Shown one piece after another: positions 1 to 12,861 of a stretch of DNA of 64,000 nucleotides. Numbering within the stretch: position 1 is the stretch's first letter; each line of letters starts with the position of its first letter. Source of the DNA: Leucoraja ocellata (Eukaryota); the NCBI GenBank assembly GCA_036785375.1, contig JAWMAR010000025.1, positions 5,146,001 to 5,210,000 of the forward strand, given 5' to 3'. Under the pieces are notes generated by a model. It did no database searches. It saw nothing but the letters and a program-made list of their open reading frames with translations, and was not told the DNA's origin. A program made the position numbers and the translations under genes.

Positions 1-224
1 GCTGCACTTGGGAAGTTGATTTTAAGGGCAAACTATACTGTTAATGGCAAGGCCGTTCACAGCATTGATATGTAGAGGGATCTTCAGTTGCTAGTCCAAA
101 GCTCCCCTGAAAATGGCAACACAGGTAGACTGGTAAAGAAATCATGTGGTACTTCCAGCCAGAAATGTGCTGCTTTTCATCCTCGTGCATCTGCACTCAC
201 AGTGGGTTTGGGCTGTGCTGTGTA

Positions 225-430
225 CATCGAGAAGAAAGACCTGCAAAATCTGTTTAAGAAAGACCTGCGGATGCTGGAAAAATCGAAGGTAGACAGAAAA
301 GCTGGAGAAGCGGGTGAGGCAGCATCTATGGAGCGAAGGAATAGGCGACGTTTCGGGAGACCCTATTCCTTCGCTCCATAGATGCTGCCTCACCCGCTGA
401 GTTTCTCCAGCTTTTCTGTCTACCTGCAAT
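225..430. mobile_element. Penelope-derived fold-back mini-element
   Basis: Inverted arms (GTAGACAGAAAAGCTGGAGAA..GCGGGTGAGGCAGCATCTATGGAGCGAAGGAATAGG and its reverse complement); the same family recurs more than 20 times in the window. Confidence 0.7.
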
Positions 431-951
431 ATTTGTTTCGAACCTCCACCTCCCACTGCACTCCAATTGACTTCCTGTTCAACAGGTTGGACCTCTGCTT
501 AATGGAATTTAGACGAATGAGAAGAGCTGGTCTTGTGGAAACATGCAAGTTTCAGGGTAGATCCTGAGAGGATATTCCGCTTGTGGGAACGTCTATGGGG
601 GGCAAAGTTTCAGAATAAGAATGGAGATGAAGTGGAATTTCTTTGAAGGTCCTCAACATTTCTTCTTCGGACCTATTTAGTTTAGTTTAGAGATACAGCG
701 CGGAAACTGGCCTTTCGGCCCACCAAGTCTGCACCGACTGCCGCCGGTGGGTCCAAAATGGCAATTAAGTACCTTCAGCAAAGGATATCGGGGGTGCCGC
801 AACAATTGTAAAGTTAGAATGAGTGCTGTCTTTGGCGCATGTGTGGTTCCATGTGACTCAACAGCAATGTGAAAACCATTCGTTTTTTTTTGGAAACTTA
901 ATATGCAGAAGAGCATTTGATCCATTTCTTTGCCCCATCTCTAAGATCTTT

Positions 952-1260
952 AGGGCGGCACAGCTGGTAGAGATGCTGCCTCACAGCTCCAGAGACACAG
1001 GTTCGATCCTGCACCACGGGTACTGTCTGTGTGGAGTATACACATTCTCCCTGTGACTGTATGGGTTTCTCCGGGTGCTCTGGTTTGCTCACACATATCA
1101 AAGACTTGCGGTTAATTGGCCTCTGTAAATTCTGTAGGGAATGGATGTGAAAGTGGAATAACATTGAACTAGTGTGTACGGGTGATCGACGATTGAAATG
1201 GGCTCGGTGAGTGGAAGGGTCTGTTTCCATGCTGTACCTCTAGAACTAAGACTAAATGTA
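952..1260 (+). mobile_element. HE1-like tRNA-derived V-SINE
   Basis: tRNA head with B box GGTTCGATCC, V-domain (TGGGTTTCTCCGGGTGCTCTGGTTT) and CR1-type tail (GAAGGGTCTGTTTCCATGCTGTA..CTAAGACTAAA). Confidence 0.85.
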
Positions 1261-1949
1261 CTCCTCTGCTCTTTGCCCTGGAGCCTGCACAATGTTCCTG
1301 GTCATGATAACTCTGCTTCAAAACATTTCTCCTTCCTTCCTCTCTTAGTTGCAAGACTCTTAAATCTCAGCCTCTGGTTATATCTTCTTTAGAGTTAGCC
1401 ATAAGTTATAGTTTTACAACAAAATCAATTTAATTCCAGAAAGCTAGGTTGATGGAAACTGTTGAGATGTTATTTTGACATGGTTTGGACCTCAAATGAT
1501 TAAAAGATGATTCAGATTGTTTTTGTGAAGTACTCTTCTAAATGTTTGTTTTTCTGAGACATTGGTTGTACAGACAATGAATCACGAGTCAAATTTTGAA
1601 ATGAATGAATGATTGAAATACGGAGTGCTTCTTTTTCCTATGAGATGTCCCCTTCAGTGCCCGATAGTGTGCCATTGTTCTGTGTTTGTACAGCAAGTGT
1701 ATTGTTTCCTTCAGGGGGAAAAAATTGGCATCCGATGCCAAATACAAAACTAATTTCTTGTGAATTCCAAGAATTCAATGCAAACTCAGAAAGAAAATAT
1801 AACCAGATGGAAATCATTAATTGCATTACCAGCCTTGAGCTGTACCATGAATGAAAAAAATTATTATGTACGATCCTTATTTTTCTGTGATGTATTTCCG
1901 ATGATTAAGTCCTCCTTCAAGAATTTGTTTTGGAGGAAATTACTAAATC

Positions 1950-2350
1950 ATTCATCATCGTTGAAAACATTAGCGTCGCAGTGGTGCTGGTTTCCAACGG
2001 GAACGGTGACGGACGCACCACACATCTCTGTCCTCCAGTTCCTGCGGACCTACGCCGCTGGAAGTATAGGATTTTGGTGTGTGTGCTTTATCATCATTCT
2101 TTACAATGCTATGTACGACAGTGATCGCAACTTCTACTGAAGTGTGGATGGCCGTTGGCTCGCTAGAAGCTCATCCGTCCTTCGACAGGTCTTGTTTTTG
2201 GTCCTGCTGGGGGTCCACAGCCCCCTCCTCACCTGGAAAACCAGGTGGGGGAGACGGTTTAAGTTTCCAACTATCCGACCATGGAGCAGGTAGCACGGGA
2301 TTACATGGTACCCGTGGCGGGGGGGGGGACTCCCCCCGACCTGACCTGCG
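1950..2350 (-). mobile_element. Short non-autonomous retroelement, possibly an internally deleted RTE-clade derivative
   Basis: CpG-rich 400-bp block. The minus strand ends in CAACGATGATGA, preceded by EDRDVW (resembles the RTE C-terminal DRxxW motif). The 5' part has a strong hairpin CTCCTCACCTGG-AAAA-CCAGGTGGGGGAG. Confidence 0.4.
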
Positions 2351-2639
2351 AAATTGAGAATTGTTTCAATTACAAAATGTCTTTCCAACAGATCCCAATC
2401 CAAAAGTGCCTAATTAGCTATGAAGCACTTTGAAACATCCCAGGATGGTGGAAAGTGGTGCAAACATTATATAAGGTAAGATATGCAGATAAGAATGGCA
2501 TGGCCTTGGGGAGTGTTGTAGAGCAGAGGGATCTCGGAGTGCAGGTATATGGTTCCCTGAAAGTGGTGTCGCAGGCAGATAAGGTGGTCAAGGAGGCTTT
2601 CAGTACAACACCCTTCATCAGGTTATTGAGTAAACTAGG

Positions 2640-2850
2640 ATAGACACAAAATGTTGGAGTAACTCAGTGGGTCAGCAGCATCTCCAGAGAAAAAGTATAG
2701 GTGACGTTTCGGATCTTGACTGAAGAAGGATTGCGACCAGAAATATTACCCATCCTTTTTCTCCAGAGAAGCAGCCTAACCTGCTGAGTTACTCCAGCAC
2801 TTTGTGTCTATCTTTGGTTTAAACCAGCAACTGCAGTTCTTTGTTTCTAC
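2640..2850. mobile_element. Penelope-derived fold-back mini-element inside an old CR1
   Basis: Inverted arms around a degenerate CTGAAGAAGG..GAAA core; the CR1 RT sequence resumes on both sides. Confidence 0.7.
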
Positions 2851-4149
2851 ATTGTACAACATGTTGGTGAGGCTGCATTTGGGTATTGTGTTCAGTATTG
2901 GTCACCTTGCTGTATTGGACTGCACTCGATTGTTGGGGATCAAAAGACTTTCCATTTTATATTAATAAACAGCTGGAATGAAAAGGTCCACTCTTACAAA
3001 CAGTAGGTGAACCAGTGGCCTTAGTACAGGACAGATGCCAAAGCTTCTTACAGTTGACCGAGGCTTCTTTAAATCACAAAGTCAAGAAACCTTGTGGCTT
3101 GTCCTGTCCCAAGTCTCATTGAGCCCTCTATAATTCCAGGATTTTGGTCACCACCATTGTCCAGGAATGAATTCTCCAGAGATGCTGCCTGCCCTGCTGA
3201 GTTACTCCAGCACTTTGTGTCCTTCTTTGTTTTGAACACAGGAACCAGAAGAGTTACTCAACCCATCCGGACTAACCTCCATTCAGTTAATGCATGAATT
3301 ATCTGTATTTCAACACCCTAACCCTGGTTCTGTGTTCCATCGTACACCAACCCACCAAAAATCTATGTTATAAATTTCAACCTTACTTTCCAGTCATTAC
3401 TGATTTTAGTGGGAATGGCTCCAGACTTCTTAATGAAGAGCGCTCTGAGATTATCCTGAAAATACTCTAATTTTAAGGCTAAGGAGCGAACGTATTGAAG
3501 TGTAAAAAATCATGAGAGGCATGGATAAGATGAATGCTCAGTCTTTTTCCCAGAGTCTAGGATTCTACAATCAGAGGGCAGAGGCTGAGAGGGGAGAGAT
3601 TTATGATGGACCTCAGGGGCAATAATTTCACTCAAAAGTGTAGATCATATCTGGATAAAGTTGCCAGATGAAGCTATAGAGGTGGTATTGTTGCTAATGG
3701 AATGCAGCAAGGAGATCAAACACAATGTCACATTATATCTGCTGGCAGATGTATCCTGAAATATTGCTTTCATGACCAAAACGCAACAGATTTGTTTGGG
3801 ATTAAGCAGATTAATTTATTTTTAAATTAAGTAACTAACAACATGGACGGCATGATGGGATTCCATATTTCTCTCTGCTTATTTTTAGAAGCAAAACACT
3901 GCCACCTGGTGCTGATGCAGCATTTGGCCAATAAATCCTGTTTCAATTTTAATTATTACTACTTGACATATACGAAGCAAGGCCCAGAGTAAAGGTGACG
4001 GCTTCCTGCCGAAGCTGAAGGTGATTTTAATTTATCCATCCAGGACACGCAACAAATGGTCTCGGCTCTCCCTTCCCTTCTGGATAATACATTCTCCAGG
4101 AACGCAACATTTCCGGGGTTAGTGGGACAGTGTTTTTAAAAAATAAATA

Positions 4150-4722
4150 AGGCAGCACAGTGGCACAGCTGGTAGAGCTGCTGCCTCATAGCACCAGAGA
4201 CCCAGGCTCGATCCTGAACCTCCGATGCTGTCTGTGTGGAGTTTGCACGTTCTGCATGTGACTGCATGGGTTTTCTTCGGGTGCTTCAGTTTCCTCGCAC
4301 ATCCCAAAGATGTCCAGGTTAATAGCTTAATTGGCCACGGTACAATTGTCCCCAATGTGTTACATAGAAACATAGAAACTAGGTGCAGGAGGAGGCCATT
4401 CGGCCCTTCGAGGCAGCACCGCCATTCATTGTGATCATGGCTGATCGTCCCCTATCAATAACCCGTGCCTGCCTTCTCCCCATATCCCTTGACTCCACTA
4501 GCCCCTAGAGCTCTATCTAACTCTCTCTTAAATGCATCCAGTGACTTGGCATCCACTGCCCTCTGTGGCAGGGAATTCCATAAATTCACAACTCTCTGGG
4601 TGAAAAAGTGGATCAGAAAGTGGATCAGAAAGTGGTATGACATAGAATTAGTGTGAATGAGTGATCGATGGTTGGCCTGGACTTGGTGGACCGAAGGGCC
4701 TCTATACATGAGGTATCTCTAA
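4150..4722 (+). mobile_element. HE1-like SINE interrupted by an antisense CR1 3' fragment (~4363-4607)
   Basis: SINE head and V-domain, then (CATAGAAA)n and reverse-strand FFTQRVVNLWNSLP, then the SINE tail. Confidence 0.8.
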
Positions 4723-5559
4723 AAGCCTCGAAGGATATGGAGGTAGCCCTGGAAAATACTGCTGTCGTGGAAGATCAGCCAAGATCCTGAGGGATGTTGG
4801 AGTCGGTTTAAAGGACAGTGTAGCCTACTGCTTCTATCTCAGTTCATCCCTACTGCTACCTCTGGGGATTTAACTTCGGAACAGAAGGCTGTTCGTAATC
4901 TTCACTCTGCTCCGTCATTTTGTCAAAGCAGGGACATCTGAAACTCAGTCCTGTTTGGCGTGAGACATCGTCTTAATAACCCTTACTGATAACTGAGAGA
5001 GATAAGAATTTGGATGTTAATACTATAGTCAAAGAAAGCAAGACAGGACAGGCAGGCACACGGCAAAGGGAGGGGATAGTTTAAACTGCAATTTTTTCAA
5101 CGCTAGAAGCTTATGTCTGTATATATGCTAATGTAAATTTACAACACTATGTCTGTATATATGCTAATGTAAATATTTATTCAAGTCATATGCTATGTCG
5201 CTCTTCCAGGGAGATGCTAAATGCATTTCGTTGTCTCTGTACTGTACACTGACAATGACAATTAAAGTTGAATCTGAATCTGAATCTGAATCTGATCTTA
5301 ACAGTTAAGGTGGACAATCTCAGCATTTGGTTTGACTCGGGGCACTGGGATATTATAACCATGGCAGAAACATGGCTGGGTGAAGGACAAGACTAGGAAC
5401 TCGGTGTTCCTGGAACACGATGGAGATTCAAGGAGTGGGAAGTTTCAACTTCACTAATATTGACTGGGTCCTCCTTGCGTAAAGGACTTGGACAGAACAG
5501 TTGTTAAATAATGTATCCAAGAAAGCTTCCTCAATCAAAATACAGAGGACTTTCCTTCA

Positions 5560-6445
5560 TTGAGAAGGGTATTGAGTACAAAGCTGGGGCATTAGCTGTA
5601 TAAGGTGTATAAGGGCGGCACAGTGGTGCAGCAGTAGAGATGCTGCCTTTCAGCCCCAGAGACCTGAGTTCTATCCTGACTATGGGCGCTGTCTGCGGAG
5701 AACATACAGGCTGTGGACCGCGTGGGTTTTCTCCGGGTACTCCGGTTTCCTCCCATAGTCCAAAGACGTTCAGATTTATAAGTTAATTGGCTTCTGTAAA
5801 TTGTCCCTAGTGTGTAGGATAGAACTAGTGTCCGGGTGATCATTGGTCATGAGAATTTGGTGGGCTGAAGGGCCTGCTTCCATGCTGTGTCTCTAAACAA
5901 AACTAAACTGTTAGTGAGACCACACTTGGAGTACTGTGTGTAATTCTGGTCGCACAGCTATAGAAAGGATGACATTCAGTTTGAATGGGTGCAGAAGAGA
6001 TTCACCAGGATGTTACCTGGACTTGCAAGACTGAATTATGAGGAGAGGCTGGGACTTTTTTCTTTGGAGTAAAGGAAGCTGAGGGGCGAACGTATTGAAT
6101 TGTACAAAATCACGAGAGACATGAATAAAGTGATTACTCACAGTCTTTTTCCCAGAGTCGAGGATTCTACAACCAGTGGGCAGAGGCTGAGAGGGGAGAG
6201 ATTTATGACGGACCTCAGGGGCAATGATTTCACTCAAGAGGGAAGATCTTATCAGTAAAAAGTTGTCAGATGAGGCTATAGAAGTGAATCGAATTACTAC
6301 TTTCAAAATAATTTTGGAGAGTTATAGGGATATCAGACTTTTAGAGGGATATGGGCAAATGCAGGCAAATAGGACTAGCCCAGAAAGCCAACATGATAAG
6401 CTGGGCCAAAGGACCTGATTCCCTGCTGTAGAGTTCTATGACCCA
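5560..6445 (+). mobile_element. Old CR1 LINE 3' region with a nested HE1 SINE (5612-5910)
   Basis: Decayed LVRPHLEYCV..WSP..ERVQRRF CR1 RT motifs; SINE has GGGCGGCACAGTGGTGCAGCAG head and CTAAAC tail. Confidence 0.8.
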
Positions 6446-6927
6446 ATGATTATATGAACAGCTCTGCACTGTAATTCAACATAGGAAATGAGTCATGCTT
6501 GGGTATCTAAACTATGGTGCTGCTGTTAAAGCATAGAGTCTGGTTTACACTTTAGAAAGAGAAGAGCTTGCATGCATCTCGTCTCCACTATAAATAGTGC
6601 TCTATTAACAATGAACTATTCTTTAATGTGTGGCCTATGTTGGTACACAGGGAACACAGTAGCTCATCCACGTAGAGCAAAATGCCACCATTGATTAACT
6701 GGGACTCTGGCTGGAAATCCCCTGTTCTTCATTGAATGGTGCCACGGAACCATTTCAGTTTATATAGAAGATCCCATGGCTTTCTATTACTTATTTATTG
6801 TAATAACGAAGGATGCCATTCAACCTATCTGGTCCATGCCGGCATCCAATGGAGCAATCTCATTGGTTTCATTCCCCCCCTCCCCCCCCTTCTTTTTTAC
6901 TTGTAACCCTTCACCATAATTTCTTTC

Positions 6928-7347
6928 AATTCAAGTTCAAGTTCAAGTGAGTTTATTGTCATGTGTCCCTGATAGGACAACAAAATTCTTGTTTTGCTTC
7001 AGCATAACAGAACATAGTAGGCATTGACTACAAAACAGATCAGTGTGTCCATATACCAATATATAAATATAGACACACATGAATAAATATACTGATAAAG
7101 TGCAAATAACAGATAATGGGCTATAAATGTTCAGAGTTTTGTCCGAGCCAGGTTTAATAGCCTGATGGCTGTGGGGAAGTAGCTATTCCTGAACCTGGTT
7201 GTTGCAGTCTTCAGGCTCCTGTAACTTCTACCTGAAGGTAGCAGGGAGATGAGTGTGTGGCCAGGATGGTGTGGGTCCTTGATGATACTGCCAGCCTTTT
7301 TGTGGCAGCGACTGTGATAGATCCCCTCGATGGAAGGGAGGTCAGAT
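6928..7347 (-). mobile_element. Rex1/Babar-clade LINE 3' fragment
   Basis: Reverse complement of the 22.2-22.6 kb copy, with a (CTTGAA)n tail. Confidence 0.8.
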
Positions 7348-7619
7348 CATTTGTCTACTAACCAAACGTTTGACTTAATTTCAGTCTCAGTGCAATGTCT
7401 CCTTCCATACATCTGCACGATGATTTAGCAAACTGGTATTAACTGGCAGGCCCGGACATAAAGAGCAGCCACAGAGGGAGATGGGCTATTCTGGGATGTA
7501 ACCCCAGCAGTCAGCAGCACAATATCTCCAGGAGAGCCAAGGAGGAAACTAGGTATAAAAGCCGAAAAAGTCACACAAATGTTTGATGCAGTCGGAAGAT
7601 TCCCTCAACAACTCTGCAT

Positions 7620-7790
7620 TCATTTTAAATAAGTGCTGACTCGTCCTCTGACTGGCAGTCTGCTTTCTGGAACTTTCTACGGAATGTTCTCACATCACTC
7701 TCCCGCCCACGCCAAGACATTTCTCCCTGGCAGTTAAACACAATGGAATTCCTTTCCCTCTCTATAAATCTACAAGGCACGTGAAAACCC
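7620..7790. promoter_or_regulatory. Candidate stress-responsive promoter/enhancer (HSE + ARE-like + GC box + TATA)
   Basis: tTTCt-gGAAc-tTTCt 7664-7678 plus gGAAt-gTTCt 7681-7690; TGCTGACTC 7634; CCCGCCC 7702; TATAAAT 7763 (+) and TATTTAAA 7631-7624 (-). Confidence 0.5.
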
Positions 7791-8814
7791 AACATACAGA
7801 TTGCATCTCCATTTCTCCCCAAATTCATCCCGAAAACACAATAGTTTGTGTATATATTGTGGTCCTTCCAAAGCACATCACACACAATTCCATGATTGTA
7901 GGATGGGTGGCCAAAAGCATGAAGCTTTTCCAGTTTACATACATTGTATTGTATTGTTTCTCCCCACTACAATCATTCTGAAGAAGTCTCGGCATGAATC
8001 GTCATCTATCCATGTTCTCCAGCGATGTTGCCGGACCTGCTGAGGCACTTTGTGTCCTTTTGTGTACCAACCAGTATCTGCAGCTGTTTGTTTCTGCATT
8101 TCTGCACGATCAGAGAGATGTGTTTTAATGATTGGAAAGGTTGAGAGGAAGTGGGGTTGATGGCAGACGAGAGCTCGTATTGCTGGCTAATTCTACCTCT
8201 CATTGGTTGGAACCTCTATAATGGAATCTGATTTTGAGATCAGTCAGAGAATCAAAGAGCATGGAAACAGGTCCTTTGGCCCAATTTACCTTGTGTTGAC
8301 CAACATGCCCCATCTCAGTTAGTCCCATTAACCTGCATTTGTCCCATATTCCTCTAAACCTTTCCAATGTATTTGTGACACCAAAAAGATTTGAATTTAC
8401 TGAAAAAGGTTGGCGCATATCTGTGGAATTCACTGCCTCAGAGGGCGGTTCTCTGGATACTTTCAAGAGAGAGCTAGATAGGGCTCTTAAAGATAGTGGA
8501 GTCAGGTGGTATGCGGAGAAAGCAGGAACGGGGTATTATTGGGGATGATCAGCCATGATCACATAGAATGGCGGTGCTGGCTTGAAGGGCCAAATGACCT
8601 ACTCCTGCACCTATTGTTTATTGTCTATTGTCTACGTAATTCCTTTCATGTTAACATTCTCCTCCCCACCTTGAATGAGTAGGGAATGGCCAGTTAAAAG
8701 CAAACTGATGGTGATCGGATGATCTGTTTGGTAACATCCATTCAATATTAGCCACGAAAAAAAGGAAACTACCCTCCTCTCTTCAAAACGGTTTAATTGA
8801 CCCACTAAATGAGG

Positions 8815-9260
8815 TAATAATAATAATAATAAATTTTATTTATGGGCGCCTTTCAAGAGTCTCAAGGACACCTTACAAAAATTTAGCAAGTAGAGGAAAA
8901 ACATGTAAGCGGAATGAAATAAATAGTAGAGACATGACTAGTACACAAATTAAAGACAGAATTCAATTCAAAACACATGAGGCAATTCAAGCACAGATGA
9001 AAAGGAAGGGGGACGTGGGGCTAAGGATAGGCAGAGGTGAAGAGATGGGTCTTGAGGCGGGACTGGAAGATGGTGAGGGACACGGAATTGCAGATCAGTT
9101 GGGGGAGGGAGTTCCAGAGCCTGGGAGCTGCCCTGGAGAAGGCTCTGTCCCCAAAACTGCGGAGGTTGGATTTGTGGATGGAGAGGAGACCGGCTGATGT
9201 GGATCTGAGGGAGAGGAGGTCAGTGAGATATGGGGGGGCCAGATGGTGGAGGGCTTTGTA
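8815..9260 (-). mobile_element. L2 LINE 3' fragment
   Basis: KALHHLAPPYL..GDRAFSRAAPRLWNSLP..KTHLF and (TAT)n tail; near-identical to the 31.2-31.7 kb copy apart from a short internal deletion. Confidence 0.9.
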
Positions 9261-9547
9261 CACTTTGAAGACAAGGCCAGGCCTTAGTTTAACATCTGAT
9301 TCGAAAGAAAGGCAGTGCAGCACTTCCTCGATGGTTGGGTACAAGGGAGTGTCCACCCAGATTTCTCCAAATGGTTATTCAATAAATTGAATGAAAACAA
9401 TGAAAGAACTATGTTGAAAAGTGAGATGGAGATAAACATTTGGAAAACAATTAATTTGACCTTGTAATTTAGCATAACCTGTCATCTGTTCTCATGTTAA
9501 GAATTTTTGGTGATTTATAGACAATGCAGTGCAGATAACAATTAAAG

Positions 9548-9945
9548 AGACACACACAAACACACACAAAGACACACACCAATGCAGACACACATAGACA
9601 CAGACACAAGCACACATATACACATACATAGTCACGCAAACACAGACACACGCACACACACACACAGATATACACATAGACACACGTAAATACATACATA
9701 CAGACACGCACATGCACACATACATAGGCACACAAAACACAGACACACGCGCACACACGCAGATATACAGACACAGACACACGTAAACACACACAGACAT
9801 GCACATGCACACATACACACACGGGTTCACACTTACAGACACCGGCACACACAGACGCACAGGAAAACACATACATGCACTCACAAACAGACACACACAC
9901 ACATGCACACATACAGACACACACATACAGACATGCATACACACA
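9548..9945. repeat. Degenerate (CA)n-derived microsatellite, ~400 bp
   Basis: Alternating CA/GA/TA dinucleotides; explains the Cys/Val-rich spurious ORFs. Confidence 0.95.
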
Positions 9946-11397
9946 ATATGGCACAGATGAGCACATTGTACATGCAGTGGAACAGTGGGAACATGTTCTC
10001 CATCCGATCTGGACCTCCTCGTCACTGGTTCGAGACCTCACCCCATCATGTTAAAGGTTATCCCAAATTACAAGGCATCACAAATAGGCAACTTCCACTC
10101 TTAAATGTGAAGTTCAAGGCCTGAATCATCAGGGCTGCCATGTCGGGGTCTCACAGTGCACCATGACTGAACATCACTCCACTAAATTACTCAGGGAATT
10201 CATATGCTTTGACATTAACATTGAACCCCCCCCCCCCCCCCCCCCCCCCGCTACCAAATGATACATAATGGGTAGAGAATGGTCATCACAATTAAATAGA
10301 TAGTCTTCTGAAAAGACAAATTGGGATGAGGCCCGACATCATGAACAAGTTGAACAAGTGTTGGAGTAACTCAGCGGGTCAAGCAGCATCTCAGGAAGAC
10401 ATGGATAGGTGACGTTACATGTCGGGACCCTTGCACAGACTGATTGTAGTGAGGGGAGGGAAAAAGCTATAAAAAGAGGTGGGGGCAGAACAAAGGCCTG
10501 ACATGTGATAAATTGATTCGGGTGTGGGAGATATTGATTATTCAATGGGTGGACAAAGGTCAGAGATAAAAATCAATCAAATGTCTGTAAGATCGGGAGG
10601 GAAGAGATGTAAATAACTATTACTTACTGTGGCCATCTGCACAAAAGGCCATTCCTAGAACCTATGGAAGTGGTGATGGAGGAGACTATAGGAAAACAGG
10701 ACTAGCTCTGACGAGAGGATGAAGATGCTGGGAACTGTTCTCTAACGTAAGTGATTTGAACACCAAGGTGGAGGTGAACATAATGGAATGTGTAGGAAGG
10801 AACAGCAGACGCTGGTATATACTGAAGATGGACACAAGTGCTGGAGTAACTCAGTGGGTCTCTTTAGGGTCGGGACCCTTCTTCAGATTGAGTCCCGAAT
10901 GCATCCAATGACTCAAGTGAGTCTGAAGAAGGATCCCGACCTGAAACGTCACCCATCCTTTTTCGCCAGAGATGCTGCCTGACACGTTGTGTTACTCCAG
11001 CACTTTGTGTCTATCTTCACGAACATTATAGACTTTAACTGAGAAAGGAAGTAGCTGGTTGATGGCGTAAGAATTGGAATCAGAGGACACTGATATAAGA
11101 TAATAATCAGGAGAACTAGTGGGAAGATTGTTTGCTTAAGAGCAAATCATTAAAACCCAGTCTGATGCTTGTGAAATATGAATTTCTTTCTGCATTGCTT
11201 CCCCTCTGGCATTTATCTGAACAGAAAGCAGAACTAATTCCTAACCTCATTCTCGCATACTCAGTGTGTCTGTTTGTACATGAACTTTCCAGCGAAAGTT
11301 CGCCATGCAAGCTGTCCTAACAAAGTCTTATGAATTCAGCAGGGAGTTTCCTAGTTCCTAGCTATGGACATTTTAGCTGGCCTTCTCGCAAAACTGA

Positions 11398-11835
11398 GAG
11401 CAAAGACTAGGCTTGTATTCACTGGAGTTTAGAAGGATGAGGGGGAATCTTATAGAAACATATAGAATTATAAAAGGACTGGGCAAGCTAGATGCAGGAA
11501 AAATGTTCCCAATGTTGGGCGAGTCCAGAACCAGGGGCCACAGTCTTAGAATAAAGGGGAGGGCATTTAAGACTGAGGTGAGAAAAAACTTTTTCACCCA
11601 GAGAGTTGTGAATTTATGGAATTCCCAGCCACAGAGGGCAACGGAGGCCAAGTCACTGGATGGATTTAAGAGAGAGTTAGATAGAGCTCTCGGGGCTATT
11701 GGAGCCAAGGGATATGGGGAGAAGGCAGGCACGGGTTATTGATAGGGGACGATCAGCCATGATCGCAATGATTGGCGGTGCTGGCTCGAAGGGCCGAATG
11801 GCCTCCTCCTGCACCTATTTTCTACGTTTTTATGT
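11398..11835 (+). mobile_element. Young CR1 LINE 3' fragment
   Basis: ORF2 C-terminus YSLEFRRMRGNLIETY..FFTQRVVNLWNS and conserved 3'UTR GGCTCGAAGGGCCGAATGGCCTCCTCCTGCACCT. Confidence 0.92.
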
Positions 11836-12134
11836 TGCTATAACATGTTTCAATTGGCAAGGCATTAGTTTAAACTTCAAGAAAAAAACTTGTTTGACCA
11901 CAAATACTGATCTCCTGATCACAAAAGGGACACAGAGGCTTTGCAAACAGTGCAATTATTAATCAATAGCACGATACTAGAGTTGAGACTTTACATCTAA
12001 TGGCACCTCGCGTTTTATGTGGGGGTTGTACGCATTAAAAGTGGCACGTAAATTAAACATATAGGCGACTACGCTGTCTGCAGTAAATATGAGCGTGCTA
12101 TTACGAAAATACGAGCGCGTAAATCAAGCTTGCT

Positions 12135-12495
12135 ATTAGACTAGATTAGACTGGAGATACAGAGTGGAAACAGGGCCTTCAGCCCACCGAGAGTGCACTG
12201 ACCAGCGGTCGCCCTATACACAAGCACTATCCCACACACTAGGGACAATTTACAATTTGCAGAAGCCAATTAACCTACAAACCCGTACGGGTTTGTAGGT
12301 TAATTGGCTTCTGTAAATTGTAAATTGTCCCTGGTGTGCGTCTTTGGAGTGTGGGAGGAAACCGGAGCTGCCGGAGAAAACACACGCGATCACGGAGAAC
12401 ATACAAACTCTGCACAGAGACAACCCATAGCCGGGATTGAACACGGGTCTCTGGTGCTGTCAGGCAGCAACTCTACTGCTGCGCCACTGTGCTGC
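12135..12495 (-). mobile_element. HE1-like SINE containing an internal inverted duplication
   Basis: Reverse-strand SINE head at 12495; palindrome at 12235-12338. Confidence 0.8.
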
Positions 12496-12627
12496 CAACT
12501 TAAGGACCAAGCGCATTATTTCAAACGCACACAAACACGCATAAAACTCAAGGTGCCTGTATTTAGAAAGATGAAATAAGCTAAGGTTCCCTTTATTAAA
12601 GATGTCATTAATACAGTGGCCTTGATA

Positions 12628-12861
12628 CTGTCCCACTTTCACAACCAAATTCGTAACCTCTGCCGAGTTTGCCCTTGACTCATACTCGCAGCATGGTCGT
12701 CACGAGGTCGTAGGAGGTCGTAGGTAGTTTGTAGGTAGGTCGTGATGCTAGTCGTAGGTACTCGTGGCATCCAGTAGGTCGGGGCGTTTTTCTAGCCTGA
12801 TGAAAAATGTCCACGAGTAAAAAAGGTGCCGAATTACTTCGTGAAAATGGGACAGGGCCCT
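12628..12861. mobile_element. PIF/Harbinger-type MITE
   Basis: TIRs CTGTCCCACTTTCAC / GTGAAAATGGGACAG, internal TCGTAGG repeats; related to 13463-13862. Confidence 0.7.

Noticed and set aside
952-1030. tRNA genes
   Set aside because: A/B boxes belong to SINE heads followed by V-domain and LINE tail; no complete cloverleaf.
2255-2345. HDV-like ribozyme at the 5' end of the RTE-like element
   Set aside because: P1/P3-like pairings can be drawn, but I found no P2 partner or convincing catalytic C segment.
7625-7727. Possible minus-strand terminal exon GEMSWRGRESDVRTFRRKFQKADCQSEDESALI after a CAG acceptor
   Set aside because: No recognisable protein or partner exons, and the sequence is better explained as a TF-motif cluster; not fully excluded.
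9469-10041. Long Cys/Val-rich ORFs (190 and 177 aa)
   Set aside because: Translations of a degenerate (TG)n microsatellite.
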